From positions 1-61,550 of the IMG/VR virus record IMGVR_UViG_3300027833_001904: DNA of 61,550 nt, one strand, 5' to 3'. The stretch comes from a virus (taxonomy: Duplodnaviria > Caudoviricetes). Below the pieces are notes generated by a model that made no database searches, was not told where the DNA came from, and saw nothing but the letters and a program-made list of their open reading frames with translations. The position numbers were made by a program, and so were the translations under genes. This document shows positions 46,759-57,207 of the stretch, piece after piece. Numbering within the stretch: position 1 is the stretch's first letter; every line of letters starts with the position of its first letter.

Positions 46759-47065
46759 TTGCACAAGTATACCAAGTATAATAGACATTAATTCTTCTCC
46801 TGTAGAAAGACCTCCACTAGTGGTCCCAAACGTAGATGAATTTACTACAAGACCTATTGAATGGACAGTTTTAACACCTGAGAATCAAGAACAAGTATTC
46901 CAGGATTTAAAAGACAGAGACATTGATGTGGTACTTTATGCAATCACTGACGATGGGTATAAAAACCTTTCGCTAAATATGGCAGATATTATTAAGTTGG
47001 TAAAACAACAAAAAGCAATAATAGCCGCCTACGAAAAGTACACCGATGAAGAAAAAACAGAATAA
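46712..47065 (+). CDS. Putative outer-membrane spanin lipoprotein (Rz1-like)
   Basis: Lipobox LSSC; Pro-rich linker; AAGGAG RBS. Confidence 0.7.
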   Translation: MQNLLIASLAILTLSSCTSIPSIIDINSSPVERPPLVVPNVDEFTTRPIEWTVLTPENQEQVFQDLKDRDIDVVLYAITDDGYKNLSLNMADIIKLVKQQKAIIAAYEKYTDEEKTE

Positions 47066-47729
47066 CCCTTGGGATGTTTTAGGCATCCACCCAGATTCAA
47101 ATGTTGCTGAAGTAAAGAAAGCCTACAAAAGTCTTTCTATGTTACATCATCCAGATAAAGGCGGCAAGATTGCAGACTGGCTAGCAATAGCAGATGCATA
47201 CGATTCCATTACATCAAAGAATTACATTCCCATAGTCAAATCTACCAACACACAATTGCTTAATCTTAAACTTAGTTTAAAGCAGCAAATACTAGGTGTT
47301 GATGATATCATTGCAATAGAAAATGATGATGACGAAATATACATGAACGTTAAGATACCACCTGGAGCTGCATCGGGTGATAAGATACAAGTTACGCAAG
47401 ATAATAAAAAATATATAATAAATATTAAAGATAAAGCACATTCGGTCTTTACAAGACAAGGTTCTTCGCTTATAATGTATAAGAAGGTATCAGTTATAGA
47501 AGCACTAAAGAGAACACCAATACTGATAGAAGGTCCAACAGAAGAATTTATCGAAGTAGACTTGCCAGAAGAAATACAAACAGGAACTATACTAACATTG
47601 GCAAATTATGGTTTATACGATAAGAAGAAACGAAAACGAGGGAATTTAAAAATACATATACATGTAGACTTCCCTATTATTACAGACGCTAATTTACAAG
47701 AATTTATAACAAGGTTAAAAAATGACTGA
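47046..47729 (+). CDS. DnaJ/CbpA-like co-chaperone
   Basis: J-domain with HPDKGG; C-terminal DnaJ_C-like region. Confidence 0.88.
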   Translation: MKKKQNNPWDVLGIHPDSNVAEVKKAYKSLSMLHHPDKGGKIADWLAIADAYDSITSKNYIPIVKSTNTQLLNLKLSLKQQILGVDDIIAIENDDDEIYMNVKIPPGAASGDKIQVTQDNKKYIINIKDKAHSVFTRQGSSLIMYKKVSVIEALKRTPILIEGPTEEFIEVDLPEEIQTGTILTLANYGLYDKKKRKRGNLKIHIHVDFPIITDANLQEFITRLKND

Positions 47730-50031
47730 TATTGAAAAAATTATTATTACAGCAATAGATCTAGCAAAAAGATTTAAACACGAGTATGTTACAATTGAAC
47801 ACCTAACAGCCGTTATATTAGACGACGAAGAAGTTCGTAGCATGTGTTTTGATATACAAGCAGACTTCGAAGGTATACAAGTAGCACTTATACATTACCT
47901 TCAACATGACTGTGATGAAATTGCAGTGGCAAACGGAGAAGAACCAGATCCTAAAAAGACACAAATGCTTGAAAGAGTATTTAATAGAGCATTAACACAA
48001 GCATTGTTTCAAGGTAAAAAAGCTATTGATCAGTTAGATCTGGTATTAAGTATATTGGGTGAGGATAAAAGCACAAGTTGTTTCTTTGCAGAGAGTTTAG
48101 GATTATCAAAGTCAAAAGTATTAGCATGGATGCAGGAAAGTTTTGCAGAGAACTTTAAAACAGATTACGAACAACAGCAAGCACACGAAGAAGCATACTA
48201 TACGCAGACTAAAAAGAATCAAATGGGTCCACAAACACATGTAGAGGTGTTGCAACAGTTTTGCACTAACCTATGTGAACAACATGCAGATTTTGAAGAT
48301 GTAATTGGTCGCAGAGAAGAATTAAAAGACCTTGTGCAAACAATTGCACGTAAGAAAAAATCAAACGCTATTTTAGTAGGAGCCAGTGGTGTTGGTAAAA
48401 CTGCTATTGTGCAAGGGTTATCAAAACTTATTGTAGAAGGACATGTTCCTGATATTATCAAAGGCACCACAGTGTGGGAACTTGATATGACGAAGTTAAT
48501 TGCAGGCACAAAGTATAGAGGCGACTTTGAAGAACGCATGAAACTGCTAGGCGATGCATTAATGAAATTAGACGATATTATATTATTCATTGATGAGATA
48601 CACACAGTAATTGGTGCAGGTAGCACTAGTGGTAGCTTAGACGCAGGTAACATGCTCAAACCAGCATTAAGTTCAGGCAAGCTGAAAGTTATTGGTGCAA
48701 CAACAGATGAAGAATATCGTAAGATATTTGAAAAAGAAAGTGCGTTAGCACGTAGATTTACAAAGTTAAATGTAAAAGAACCAACAGTGCAAGAAGCTAA
48801 AGAAGTCTTACGTAATACACTAGACCATTACGAAGCATTTCATGAAGTAGATATTGATATTGCATCGGCAGATTTAGCAGTAGAATTATCAGCACAGTAT
48901 ATCTTTAACAAGAAACTTCCAGACAAAGCATTTGATATTATTGATAGAGCATGTGCATTTAATAGAATATTACCAGAAGAAGAACGTGTAACCACTATTG
49001 GCATAAATGAAATTAGAGCTGAGGTTTCTAGACTAACTGGCATACCAAAAGAACACTTAGGCACAGCTGCAGAAGAACAATCAATTAAAAAACATACAGA
49101 AGTAAAAGCATTTTTAGAGAACACAGTATTTGGACAACAAGAAGCCATTGATAAAGTATCAAATGCAATTACAGTAAGTTTAGCAGGCCTAAAAGATCCA
49201 AACAAACCAGTTGCAAGTTACTTGCTTACAGGACCAACAGGTGTAGGTAAAACAGAACTTGCTAGACGTCTATCACAAGCAATGGGCATGTCAATGGTGC
49301 GTTATGATATGGCTGAATATCAAGAACGTCATAGTGTAGCAAAACTAATAGGCTCACCTCCAGGCTATGTAGGACATGGTGATGGTAAAGCAGGTGATGG
49401 TTTGCTAATTACACAATTAGAAGATAATCCAAATTGTGTATTGTTACTAGACGAAGTAGAAAAAGGACACCCAGATATTATGAGTGTTATGCTAAGTTTA
49501 CTAGATGAAGGTATAATTACAAGTAGCTCAGGCAAAAAAGTCAGTGCAAAAAATGCCATCATTATAATGACCAGTAACTTAGGTGCAAAGGATGCCTCTA
49601 TTAAGAGCATCGGATTTAACGAAGAAACATACAACGATAGTGCGGTAACAGAAGCAATTAATAACTTCTTTGCACCAGAGTTTAGAAATAGACTTGATGG
49701 TGTTATAAGATTTAATTCACTACAACCTGAAAATATGCAACGTATTGTTATAAAGTTTTTAAGACAATTAGAAGGATATGTTGAGGGCAGACACATTAAA
49801 ATTCATTGGAATAAAAATCTTTTAGCTATGTTACAAGATAAAGGATACAGTGCTACAATGGGTGCTCGTCCACTTGCACGTCTCATTAACGAACGTGTTA
49901 AACTACCACTAGCAAATTATATGATGGAAAATTTAGAATCAAAAGAGCTTGATATATCGTATGATGAGGTTACAGATAAAGTTAACATTCTGCCATCTAA
50001 AGTGATAGCAGCCAATGAACAACCAGCATAA
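47722..50031 (+). CDS. clpA: Clp protease ATP-binding subunit ClpA
   Basis: HEYVTIEHL N-domain; two AAA modules (GVGKT twice); GTKYRGDFEER; PPGYVG; IGF loop; no ClpB M-domain. Confidence 0.93.
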   Translation: MTDIEKIIITAIDLAKRFKHEYVTIEHLTAVILDDEEVRSMCFDIQADFEGIQVALIHYLQHDCDEIAVANGEEPDPKKTQMLERVFNRALTQALFQGKKAIDQLDLVLSILGEDKSTSCFFAESLGLSKSKVLAWMQESFAENFKTDYEQQQAHEEAYYTQTKKNQMGPQTHVEVLQQFCTNLCEQHADFEDVIGRREELKDLVQTIARKKKSNAILVGASGVGKTAIVQGLSKLIVEGHVPDIIKGTTVWELDMTKLIAGTKYRGDFEERMKLLGDALMKLDDIILFIDEIHTVIGAGSTSGSLDAGNMLKPALSSGKLKVIGATTDEEYRKIFEKESALARRFTKLNVKEPTVQEAKEVLRNTLDHYEAFHEVDIDIASADLAVELSAQYIFNKKLPDKAFDIIDRACAFNRILPEEERVTTIGINEIRAEVSRLTGIPKEHLGTAAEEQSIKKHTEVKAFLENTVFGQQEAIDKVSNAITVSLAGLKDPNKPVASYLLTGPTGVGKTELARRLSQAMGMSMVRYDMAEYQERHSVAKLIGSPPGYVGHGDGKAGDGLLITQLEDNPNCVLLLDEVEKGHPDIMSVMLSLLDEGIITSSSGKKVSAKNAIIIMTSNLGAKDASIKSIGFNEETYNDSAVTEAINNFFAPEFRNRLDGVIRFNSLQPENMQRIVIKFLRQLEGYVEGRHIKIHWNKNLLAMLQDKGYSATMGARPLARLINERVKLPLANYMMENLESKELDISYDEVTDKVNILPSKVIAANEQPA

Positions 50032-50662
50032 GCAACACAAATATTGGTCACCAGTTAGGAAGTTATATTATAAAAAATATTATAATGTAATAAGAGCTTC
50101 CGCTACACCTACACATTCCGCAGTGTCTATACCACTTGAGTTTAAAGGTGAGTATAGAATAGTAGATAGGTATGATGGGATAAAAAAGATTGATGGTGCT
50201 ACTGCATTTACAAGTGTTGCAAGCATATATACCAATAACCAAGATCTAATTAATTATGTAATGAAAACATATGGAGTTATTGGAATAGAAACTCCATTCA
50301 ATCAAACACATTTAGATTATCTACTAGATTCCAATAGAGAAATTATATATAGAGACAAAGCATGGTATGATCAATATCATCATAAAGTGCGAGTATTCGA
50401 ATCATGGCGTAGCAGAGGCCTGCCAAACAGTGCTCAGCCTATAGAAGTTTTAACTATGTGGAAAGAGTTATTTCAACGTAAAGATTCACGTTGGTCGGGA
50501 CAAGATAGACAATTAAGAACTTCTTGGTCACATTCACGTTATTTTTCATATCCTACAGTATATACTAACAATGAAGCATCAATAATGCTACTTAAAATGA
50601 CATATAACTCATTATTAAACATACATGTTGAAACTGTAGTCACGCCAGATTTCTTAAAGTAG
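50015..50662 (+). CDS. Hypothetical protein
   Basis: 215 aa coupled ORF. Confidence 0.7.
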   Translation: MNNQHKQHKYWSPVRKLYYKKYYNVIRASATPTHSAVSIPLEFKGEYRIVDRYDGIKKIDGATAFTSVASIYTNNQDLINYVMKTYGVIGIETPFNQTHLDYLLDSNREIIYRDKAWYDQYHHKVRVFESWRSRGLPNSAQPIEVLTMWKELFQRKDSRWSGQDRQLRTSWSHSRYFSYPTVYTNNEASIMLLKMTYNSLLNIHVETVVTPDFLK

Positions 50663-50712
50663 ATAAATACAAGTATATATTTACATATACAAATACTGAA
50701 TAGAGAGATAAA

Positions 50713-51087
50713 ATGGCTAACACACAAATAGTATTAACAAATAAACCAGAGCTTACTTATACAAGTGATAAGGTAAAGGGTGATGGCTACTATGGATATG
50801 CAGACGGACTGCATACTATGAGCTTTCATTTTAAGAATTTCGTAGGAAGAATTTGGGTTCATGCAACACTTGTTGATGATCCAGCAGAAACAGATTGGTT
50901 TCCAATTAGTTTAGATACAAATACAGATTACTACCAATACACCACACAAACAAGTGGAACAGTAGGAACAACATTCCAAGGAAATTTTGTTTGGCTTAGA
51001 GTTAAAATAGACAGAGATTACATAGGCGATGCAACGTATGTTTCATCAACACATGGATTGTTTGATAAAGCCGTATTGTTAATTTAG
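50713..51087 (+). CDS. Putative virion protein
   Basis: After GATAAATA; beta-rich; GNFVWLRV. Confidence 0.6.
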   Translation: MANTQIVLTNKPELTYTSDKVKGDGYYGYADGLHTMSFHFKNFVGRIWVHATLVDDPAETDWFPISLDTNTDYYQYTTQTSGTVGTTFQGNFVWLRVKIDRDYIGDATYVSSTHGLFDKAVLLI

Positions 51088-51118
51088 TATAAATATATAA
51101 AAGCAAGGAGAATATACA

Positions 51119-51925
51119 GTGCCAATAAAAGCGTTTAGTGGAAGTATTAGTTCATTACCATTACCAGAGGTTGTCCTAAGTGATGATATTCTGGATGGTG
51201 AAATTCTAGTTTATAACAAATCTTTAAAAGTATTTGAAAATAATTTAGCAGCTGATAAGGCCACAGGTAAATTATTTGTTACCGGTGCAGTAAGCACAGG
51301 TGGAAATAGTGTTGTATCTTCTGTTGCTAACAAAGATATAAAATTAAAAGGATTAACAGCAGGTAACATGGTTACTATTACTGATAGCGTAGATGGTAAC
51401 AGTCTAGTCATTGGTATTAACTCAGCTATAGCAAATGCAACAGCAGGCTTTACAGGTGAATTAAAAACAAGTGATGTAATAGTTGTTCCAGATGCAGTAA
51501 CAGTTGAGTATAAGTTTTACAAAGTTAACAACGGACAAGAACTGGAATTAAACGGAAACTTTACAATTGTATACAGAAATGGACGTAGATTAAGTCCAGA
51601 CGAATATTCATTTACTGTAAACAACACTGCAATCTTTTATGAGATATTAGAAGGCGACGAATTACATATAGATACAATAACTGGTGAAACAGATAATAAA
51701 CTAATTCACAGTAAACGAGTTACAGCAACAACAGTATTAGCATATGAATTCCAAGACCAAGTAAACAATTTAATAACAATAAACAATCACTTTTTAGAAG
51801 TTTTTGTAAATAGAATAAAAGTTCATCAACGTGACTATGCTGTTCAAGAGAACAAAGTAGTATTTGCTGCAGGCTCTATTGTTGAGCAAGATGAGTTAGA
51901 GATAATTACACTAGGAGACATTTAA
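51119..51925 (+). CDS. Putative tail/structural protein
   Basis: After TATAAATA (51088-51095); repeated VYRNG/VFVNR beta modules. Confidence 0.6.
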   Translation: MPIKAFSGSISSLPLPEVVLSDDILDGEILVYNKSLKVFENNLAADKATGKLFVTGAVSTGGNSVVSSVANKDIKLKGLTAGNMVTITDSVDGNSLVIGINSAIANATAGFTGELKTSDVIVVPDAVTVEYKFYKVNNGQELELNGNFTIVYRNGRRLSPDEYSFTVNNTAIFYEILEGDELHIDTITGETDNKLIHSKRVTATTVLAYEFQDQVNNLITINNHFLEVFVNRIKVHQRDYAVQENKVVFAAGSIVEQDELEIITLGDI

Positions 51926-52704
51926 TGCCAAATACAAGAACGACACATATTAAATCAGGCGCAACTGCAGATTTTAAATTAGAATATGATACAATATATG
52001 TTTATGATGAAATAAACAACCAGCTTACAACAGTTGCTACATTAGGCGATGTGCAAGCAAATCAATATGTATTTTTTGGAACAAAAAGTGATCGAAGAAT
52101 TGACGCAGCTGAAAAGAATTTAAGTCTCCTAATTCATAAGCTAGAGCAACTTACAACTGATGACATTCCACAAGGTTCAACTAATACTTACTTGTTAAAC
52201 AATGGTGTATCAAGTCAAGCAGTAGCAGTTGATGCCGTTAACTTAGATGCAAGTGGATCAAAAATATTCAAACAGTTTGCAAGCAACAGATTAGAATTTA
52301 AAACAGTAAAAGCAGCATCAGGTGTTACACTAACTGAAGATGCTACAAGCGTTACAGTTGGATTAGACGCAAATGCAAATGCAAACAGTTCAAGTTGGAC
52401 AGCAAAGATTAACTTTGATGGTGGAGGCGACCCAACTACAGTTGAAGACTTACCGGCAGGTGTTACAGCAAACGTAAGTGGAAGTGCAATTACATTTACA
52501 CATGGTTATGCAAGAAGTGTTAAGAGTGTTGTATACATGGGTTATGATGCAAATACAGACGAATATCGTATGAGATTCCCTACATCAACATATATTGTTA
52601 AAACAACTCCAGCTACACTAACAACAGAGTTTACTATTAATGTAAACACAGCGGCAACCGGTGCAGATGCTAATGGACATGCGTTGATGAATGTGGTGAT
52701 GTAA
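51925..52704 (+). CDS. Putative tail/structural protein
   Basis: TTDDIPQGSTNTY motif; Thr/Ala-rich. Confidence 0.6.
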   Translation: MPNTRTTHIKSGATADFKLEYDTIYVYDEINNQLTTVATLGDVQANQYVFFGTKSDRRIDAAEKNLSLLIHKLEQLTTDDIPQGSTNTYLLNNGVSSQAVAVDAVNLDASGSKIFKQFASNRLEFKTVKAASGVTLTEDATSVTVGLDANANANSSSWTAKINFDGGGDPTTVEDLPAGVTANVSGSAITFTHGYARSVKSVVYMGYDANTDEYRMRFPTSTYIVKTTPATLTTEFTINVNTAATGADANGHALMNVVM

Positions 52705-52705
52705 C

Positions 52706-55348
52706 ATGGCAATTGTTATCGATGCGCCTAAATTACTGCCCATAAGGATAACAGCTTTAACGCCGAAAGACGTTAAAAACGATTACGTTTATACCTATAA
52801 TGCAGAGATTGATGTAACAGCACAGTTACACAGCGGAACCACAGGTTTCGTTGCAAAACAATATGACGGTAGAGATGTAAAAGTAGGCGACTATATTGCT
52901 ACTACTTCTCAAGGCAGAATACTAAAAATCTCATCTATTACTAATACAGGACCAACACGGGTTGTATGTGTGTTAATGGATGAAGACCAAATGAACGCCA
53001 GTGTAGATCCTACACAGTTTGGCGAAAGTTCAATTGATAAAGATGACGGTATATTATTTGCTATCAAAGAAGGCAAACCATTTATATTTCCATTGCCAGG
53101 TGTATTACCAGGCGGACTAACAAAAGATTTTGCAACACAAATATTCTCACGTTTTAACTACGTATCAAAAGCAAGAAATATTAATGTTGAACAACAGATA
53201 CACACATTTGAACTTGGTGAAACAGTATTACTAACAGACAGCGGATGGATTGCAGCTACAACTAACCCAACTGGTGTTGTTGTAAAAGCAGATGACGATA
53301 GCTTTGGTGTAAGATTATTTGGTGACAAAACAGCAGTATCACTTCCAGGTGATGTAGGTGATGTTTACTATTGGGATGACATTGATAGAATGTTAACCAA
53401 AACACCAAGCAGTGCAAACGCAGTAAAATTATTTCAAAAAATAGATTCAGATGAAGCACTACTATTAGGTGATGTCAGAGGCACCGGAGGCGGTGGTGGT
53501 GGAGGCGGTGCGTTCAGCGGCGCATTTAACGACCTTACAAATGTGCCTAGCACACTTGCAGGATATGGAATTACAGACGCAGTATTAACACCAGCAAATT
53601 ATACAGATTTAACAAACAAACCAAGCATACCAACTGACGTTAGTGACTTAACAGACACAACTAACTTATTAAGCAGTGGCGGAGCGTTTGATGGTGATTA
53701 CAATAACCTAACAAACAAGCCAGTATTGTTCAGTGGAAACTGGAGTGATATCACAGGCACACCAGCTCTATTCAGCGGTAATTACAACGATCTTTATAAT
53801 AAGCCAACTATACCAGCTGACCTTGGCGATCTCACAAATAACGCAGGATATTTAAAGACCATAACAAGTTCTCACATTGTTACAGCATTGGGTTACACAC
53901 CACAGAATGCCGCAACAGCATTTGGTGGAAGTTATACAGACTTAACAAACAAACCAACAGACATAAGCGACTTTACTGATAACAATGGATTGCTAGGCGG
54001 TGGCGGCGGTGCAACTACACTAGGTGCTTTAACAGATGTAGATACAAGTGGCGCAACAGCAGGTCAAGTATTAAAGTTCGATGGCACAGAATGGGTAGCA
54101 GCTGCAGATGCAACCACAGGCGGTGGTGGAACTGATGCAGACACATTAGATGGATTTGATAGTTCTTATTATTTAGACTATGCTAACTTAACAAACAAAC
54201 CAACATTATTTGATGGACAATATTCAAGTCTAACAGGCTTACCAACTATTCCAAGTGCATACACAAATGCAGATGTTGATGCACACTTAAACCAAACTAA
54301 CCCAACAAGTGGATATGTTCTTTCATGGAATGGATCAGATTACACGTGGGTTGCAAACGCCGGTGGTGGAGGTGGCGGTGCTACAGCATTAAGTGGGCTA
54401 ACTGACGTAGTAAGCACAGCACCTACAAACGGTCAAGTTCTTAAATGGGATAACGCAAACAACACATGGGCACCAGCAGATGATGCCACAGCAGGTATTG
54501 GTGGTAGTAGTTATGCAACAGAATCATATGTAGATCAAAAATTAGTAGAACGTGGTAATCACTTTAGCGGTGACTACAACGACTTAACTAATTCACCTAC
54601 GTTGTTCAGTGGAAACTTTACAGACCTAAATGGTAAACCAACTACAATAGCTGGATATGGAATTACAGACGTTCCACAAAGTTTAATAGACCTTGCTATT
54701 GCAGATGGTAATGCCGGACAAGTATTAACAACAGATGGAGCAGGCAACTTTACATTTACAAGTGCAGGCGCATTTAATGGCGATTATAATTCGCTTATAA
54801 ACAGACCATCGTTATTCTCAGGCAACTATTTAGACTTATCAAATAAACCATATATTCCAAGTATAGCAGGACTGGCCTCTACTAACTATGTAGACCAAAA
54901 AGCAGATTATGGTGGCGATAAAAACTTCTTAAACAACGTAGAGTTTAGAGATAAAATTAAACAAAAAGCCAGCACAGCAGATACTACAGGCGAACGTGAA
55001 AGTCTTGTAATGGCAATACAAACAGCAGATGATGTTGAAACAGAAGTGCTATTTTCAGACAACACTAAGATAGAAATAGCAGACGGAACTACAGCAATGG
55101 TAGAAATGCACATTGTTGGTTCAAGTTCTATTGGACAATATGGTGTAAAACTACAAGCAATTGTGCATAGAGCAGGAACAAACGTGTTTATTATTGGAAG
55201 TCCAGCTAGGGAAACATTAGCAGAATACAGCACATGGACAGCTGATTTAGACGTAAATACCACTAGTTTAAAGGTAACAGTTACAGGATCAGCGGCTACA
55301 ACCGTAGATTGGACAGTGTTTACCAACATTTTTTCAGTAATTAGATAA
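52706..55348 (+). CDS. Tail-fibre-like protein with internal repeats
   Basis: About a dozen (F)SGxYxDLxNKP repeats; LxxLTDV...GQVLKW repeats; poly-Gly hinges. Confidence 0.8.
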   Translation: MAIVIDAPKLLPIRITALTPKDVKNDYVYTYNAEIDVTAQLHSGTTGFVAKQYDGRDVKVGDYIATTSQGRILKISSITNTGPTRVVCVLMDEDQMNASVDPTQFGESSIDKDDGILFAIKEGKPFIFPLPGVLPGGLTKDFATQIFSRFNYVSKARNINVEQQIHTFELGETVLLTDSGWIAATTNPTGVVVKADDDSFGVRLFGDKTAVSLPGDVGDVYYWDDIDRMLTKTPSSANAVKLFQKIDSDEALLLGDVRGTGGGGGGGGAFSGAFNDLTNVPSTLAGYGITDAVLTPANYTDLTNKPSIPTDVSDLTDTTNLLSSGGAFDGDYNNLTNKPVLFSGNWSDITGTPALFSGNYNDLYNKPTIPADLGDLTNNAGYLKTITSSHIVTALGYTPQNAATAFGGSYTDLTNKPTDISDFTDNNGLLGGGGGATTLGALTDVDTSGATAGQVLKFDGTEWVAAADATTGGGGTDADTLDGFDSSYYLDYANLTNKPTLFDGQYSSLTGLPTIPSAYTNADVDAHLNQTNPTSGYVLSWNGSDYTWVANAGGGGGGATALSGLTDVVSTAPTNGQVLKWDNANNTWAPADDATAGIGGSSYATESYVDQKLVERGNHFSGDYNDLTNSPTLFSGNFTDLNGKPTTIAGYGITDVPQSLIDLAIADGNAGQVLTTDGAGNFTFTSAGAFNGDYNSLINRPSLFSGNYLDLSNKPYIPSIAGLASTNYVDQKADYGGDKNFLNNVEFRDKIKQKASTADTTGERESLVMAIQTADDVETEVLFSDNTKIEIADGTTAMVEMHIVGSSSIGQYGVKLQAIVHRAGTNVFIIGSPARETLAEYSTWTADLDVNTTSLKVTVTGSAATTVDWTVFTNIFSVIR

Positions 55349-55402
55349 ATACAATTAGCACATTAGAGTGCAGAAAATAAAACATTTTTAGGAGAAATTA
55401 AA

Positions 55403-55705
55403 ATGGCAACAAGAAACCCAGCAAACGTAATCGAGTTCGGCAAATGGAACTACGGCGCAACAATGACAGACTTTACAGTAGTAGCAGACGCTGATATTTC
55501 AGCAGAAGTTAACCCTGGTGAAGAAATGGAAAAAGTAATGGAGACTATGTCTCAACACGGAACTTGGATGGGCTTATCAGCACATTCAGTTGGTGGAACA
55601 ACTTTTACTGTAACTATGGAAGGTTCTTCATGGGCAGACGCAGCAGCAGTTCAAGTAGCTCTTAGAGCACTTGGCGGAAACTTTGCAACAGCAACAGTAT
55701 CGTAA
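55403..55705 (+). CDS. Putative small virion protein
   Basis: Own late promoter (55344-55351), AGGAG RBS and terminator. Confidence 0.65.
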   Translation: MATRNPANVIEFGKWNYGATMTDFTVVADADISAEVNPGEEMEKVMETMSQHGTWMGLSAHSVGGTTFTVTMEGSSWADAAAVQVALRALGGNFATATVS

Positions 55706-55732
55706 TTACTAGCTAACTAGTTATTATAAAGG

Positions 55733-55760
55733 AAAGCCCAATCTTAGTATTGGGTTTTTT
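55733..55760 (+). terminator. Intrinsic terminator
   Basis: AAAGCCCAAT-CTTAGT-ATTGGGTTTTTT. Confidence 0.8.
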
Positions 55761-55813
55761 CTTGACTAAATTATATACGTCATAAATACATATATAAGAA
55801 TCAGGAGTTAAAC

Positions 55814-56077
55814 ATGGCAGCAAGAAGAAAAACTACAGACCTAAATGAAGATGGTGTAGTAAGTTTATTTGAATCATTCCCATATTGGTTTGACAGATTA
55901 CGTTTATTTCCACGTGCATTTATTTCAGTATATATTTATTTGCTTTATGATGTATGTCAGTGGTTCATGTCATTGCCAGATCCTAACACACAACAAGCAG
56001 GTTTAGTATCTGTTATAGTTGGTGCAGGTGCAGCTTGGTTTGGCCTTTACGTAAGTAGCGGTAAATCAGATAGATAA
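55814..56077 (+). CDS. Small two-TM membrane protein (holin-like candidate)
   Basis: RLFPR...WFM.LP.P...QAGLVSVIVGAGAAWFGLY. Confidence 0.65.
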   Translation: MAARRKTTDLNEDGVVSLFESFPYWFDRLRLFPRAFISVYIYLLYDVCQWFMSLPDPNTQQAGLVSVIVGAGAAWFGLYVSSGKSDR

Positions 56078-56092
56078 CATTGGAGAATCATT

Positions 56093-56404
56093 ATGAAAAC
56101 AGTAGCCGAAGAAATTAGAGAGTTTGCAGATAGATTGGCACAGATCAATCCCGAAGTTCAGGAAGCTGAGCATGATAGAGAATATTATAGAGATCTAGAC
56201 AAAGGTCAACTTAATCATACTAAATCAATGTTAATGAAAACTGCAGGTCAGTTAGAAGTAGCAATTAATCAAAGATCAAAATTTAGTAGAGAATTAATGA
56301 CTAATGGCAACAGAGCCGGTACAGGAGATCTGTATAACATGTTAGACAAACTCAACAAATTAATTGAAGAGTGGGACGAACAAACAGAATTATATGGAAT
56401 GTAA
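56093..56404 (+). CDS. Hypothetical late protein
   Basis: GGAGA RBS; helical, acidic. Confidence 0.7.
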   Translation: MKTVAEEIREFADRLAQINPEVQEAEHDREYYRDLDKGQLNHTKSMLMKTAGQLEVAINQRSKFSRELMTNGNRAGTGDLYNMLDKLNKLIEEWDEQTELYGM

Positions 56405-56406
56405 AA

Positions 56407-56604
56407 ATGATTAAGAATTTAAAAGATTTAATAATTGTAGCATTAGTAATTGGTGTATTATCATTACTAGGATTAATAATTGTAGGTGACTACTATGTTG
56501 CATTACAAGAAAATAGACCAGTAGACGAAAGCGTTATTACACTAATGAAAATGGCACTTACAGGATTAATAGGCATTATTGCAGGCTACATAGGAAGTAA
56601 ATAA
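56407..56604 (+). CDS. Small two-TM membrane protein
   Basis: Two hydrophobic helices; likely start ATG 56407. Confidence 0.7.
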   Translation: MIKNLKDLIIVALVIGVLSLLGLIIVGDYYVALQENRPVDESVITLMKMALTGLIGIIAGYIGSK

Positions 56605-56605
56605 T

Positions 56606-57148
56606 ATGTTCCAACATCACATTATATTAGCAACACCAGAAGTAATGGAATCAGAACTTGTTCACAAGTGGTATGATTTTGTAAAAACTTATGGTCCAGA
56701 AGGAATTGTATCTCCGTATACAACTGTTGATGGCGATGTTGCAATAGAATATGGAACACGTGAAAGCGACATGCCACACTGTTATATTATTCCTCTACAT
56801 AGAGATTTAACTACAGACGAAACACAATTTATTGTAGCAACATGGGAACATATATACCCAGAAGATTTTGATATTGAAATTTCAAATCAATATGATATTT
56901 CACGTAGTTATGAATATGACATCAATGAAGAATTTGAAACTCGTGCAAGACACGATATGAAAAAATGGCATCATAATCGTTGGGTTACAGAAATGTCACA
57001 TACTGGCTGGAGTTGGGGAACTTCATTTAGTGAATCAAAGAAAACACACCCAGCATTGCGTGATTGGGATAGCCTTCCAGAATCACATAGACGCAGTCCA
57101 GATTTCAATCAAAAAGAAATTACTGAATGGCTACGCAACCTAATTTAG
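56606..57148 (+). CDS. RyR-domain protein
   Basis: HNRW...GWSWG...KKTHPALRDWDSLPE. Confidence 0.8.
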   Translation: MFQHHIILATPEVMESELVHKWYDFVKTYGPEGIVSPYTTVDGDVAIEYGTRESDMPHCYIIPLHRDLTTDETQFIVATWEHIYPEDFDIEISNQYDISRSYEYDINEEFETRARHDMKKWHHNRWVTEMSHTGWSWGTSFSESKKTHPALRDWDSLPESHRRSPDFNQKEITEWLRNLI

Positions 57149-57207
57149 GTTGACATCACACACTTACCGTTATATAATAAACACTATTAACCTATAGGAG
57201 ACTCTGA

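Noticed and set aside
52706-55348. Diversity-generating retroelement target in the tail fibre
   Set aside because: No reverse transcriptase and no template/variable repeat pair differing only at adenines seen in the window
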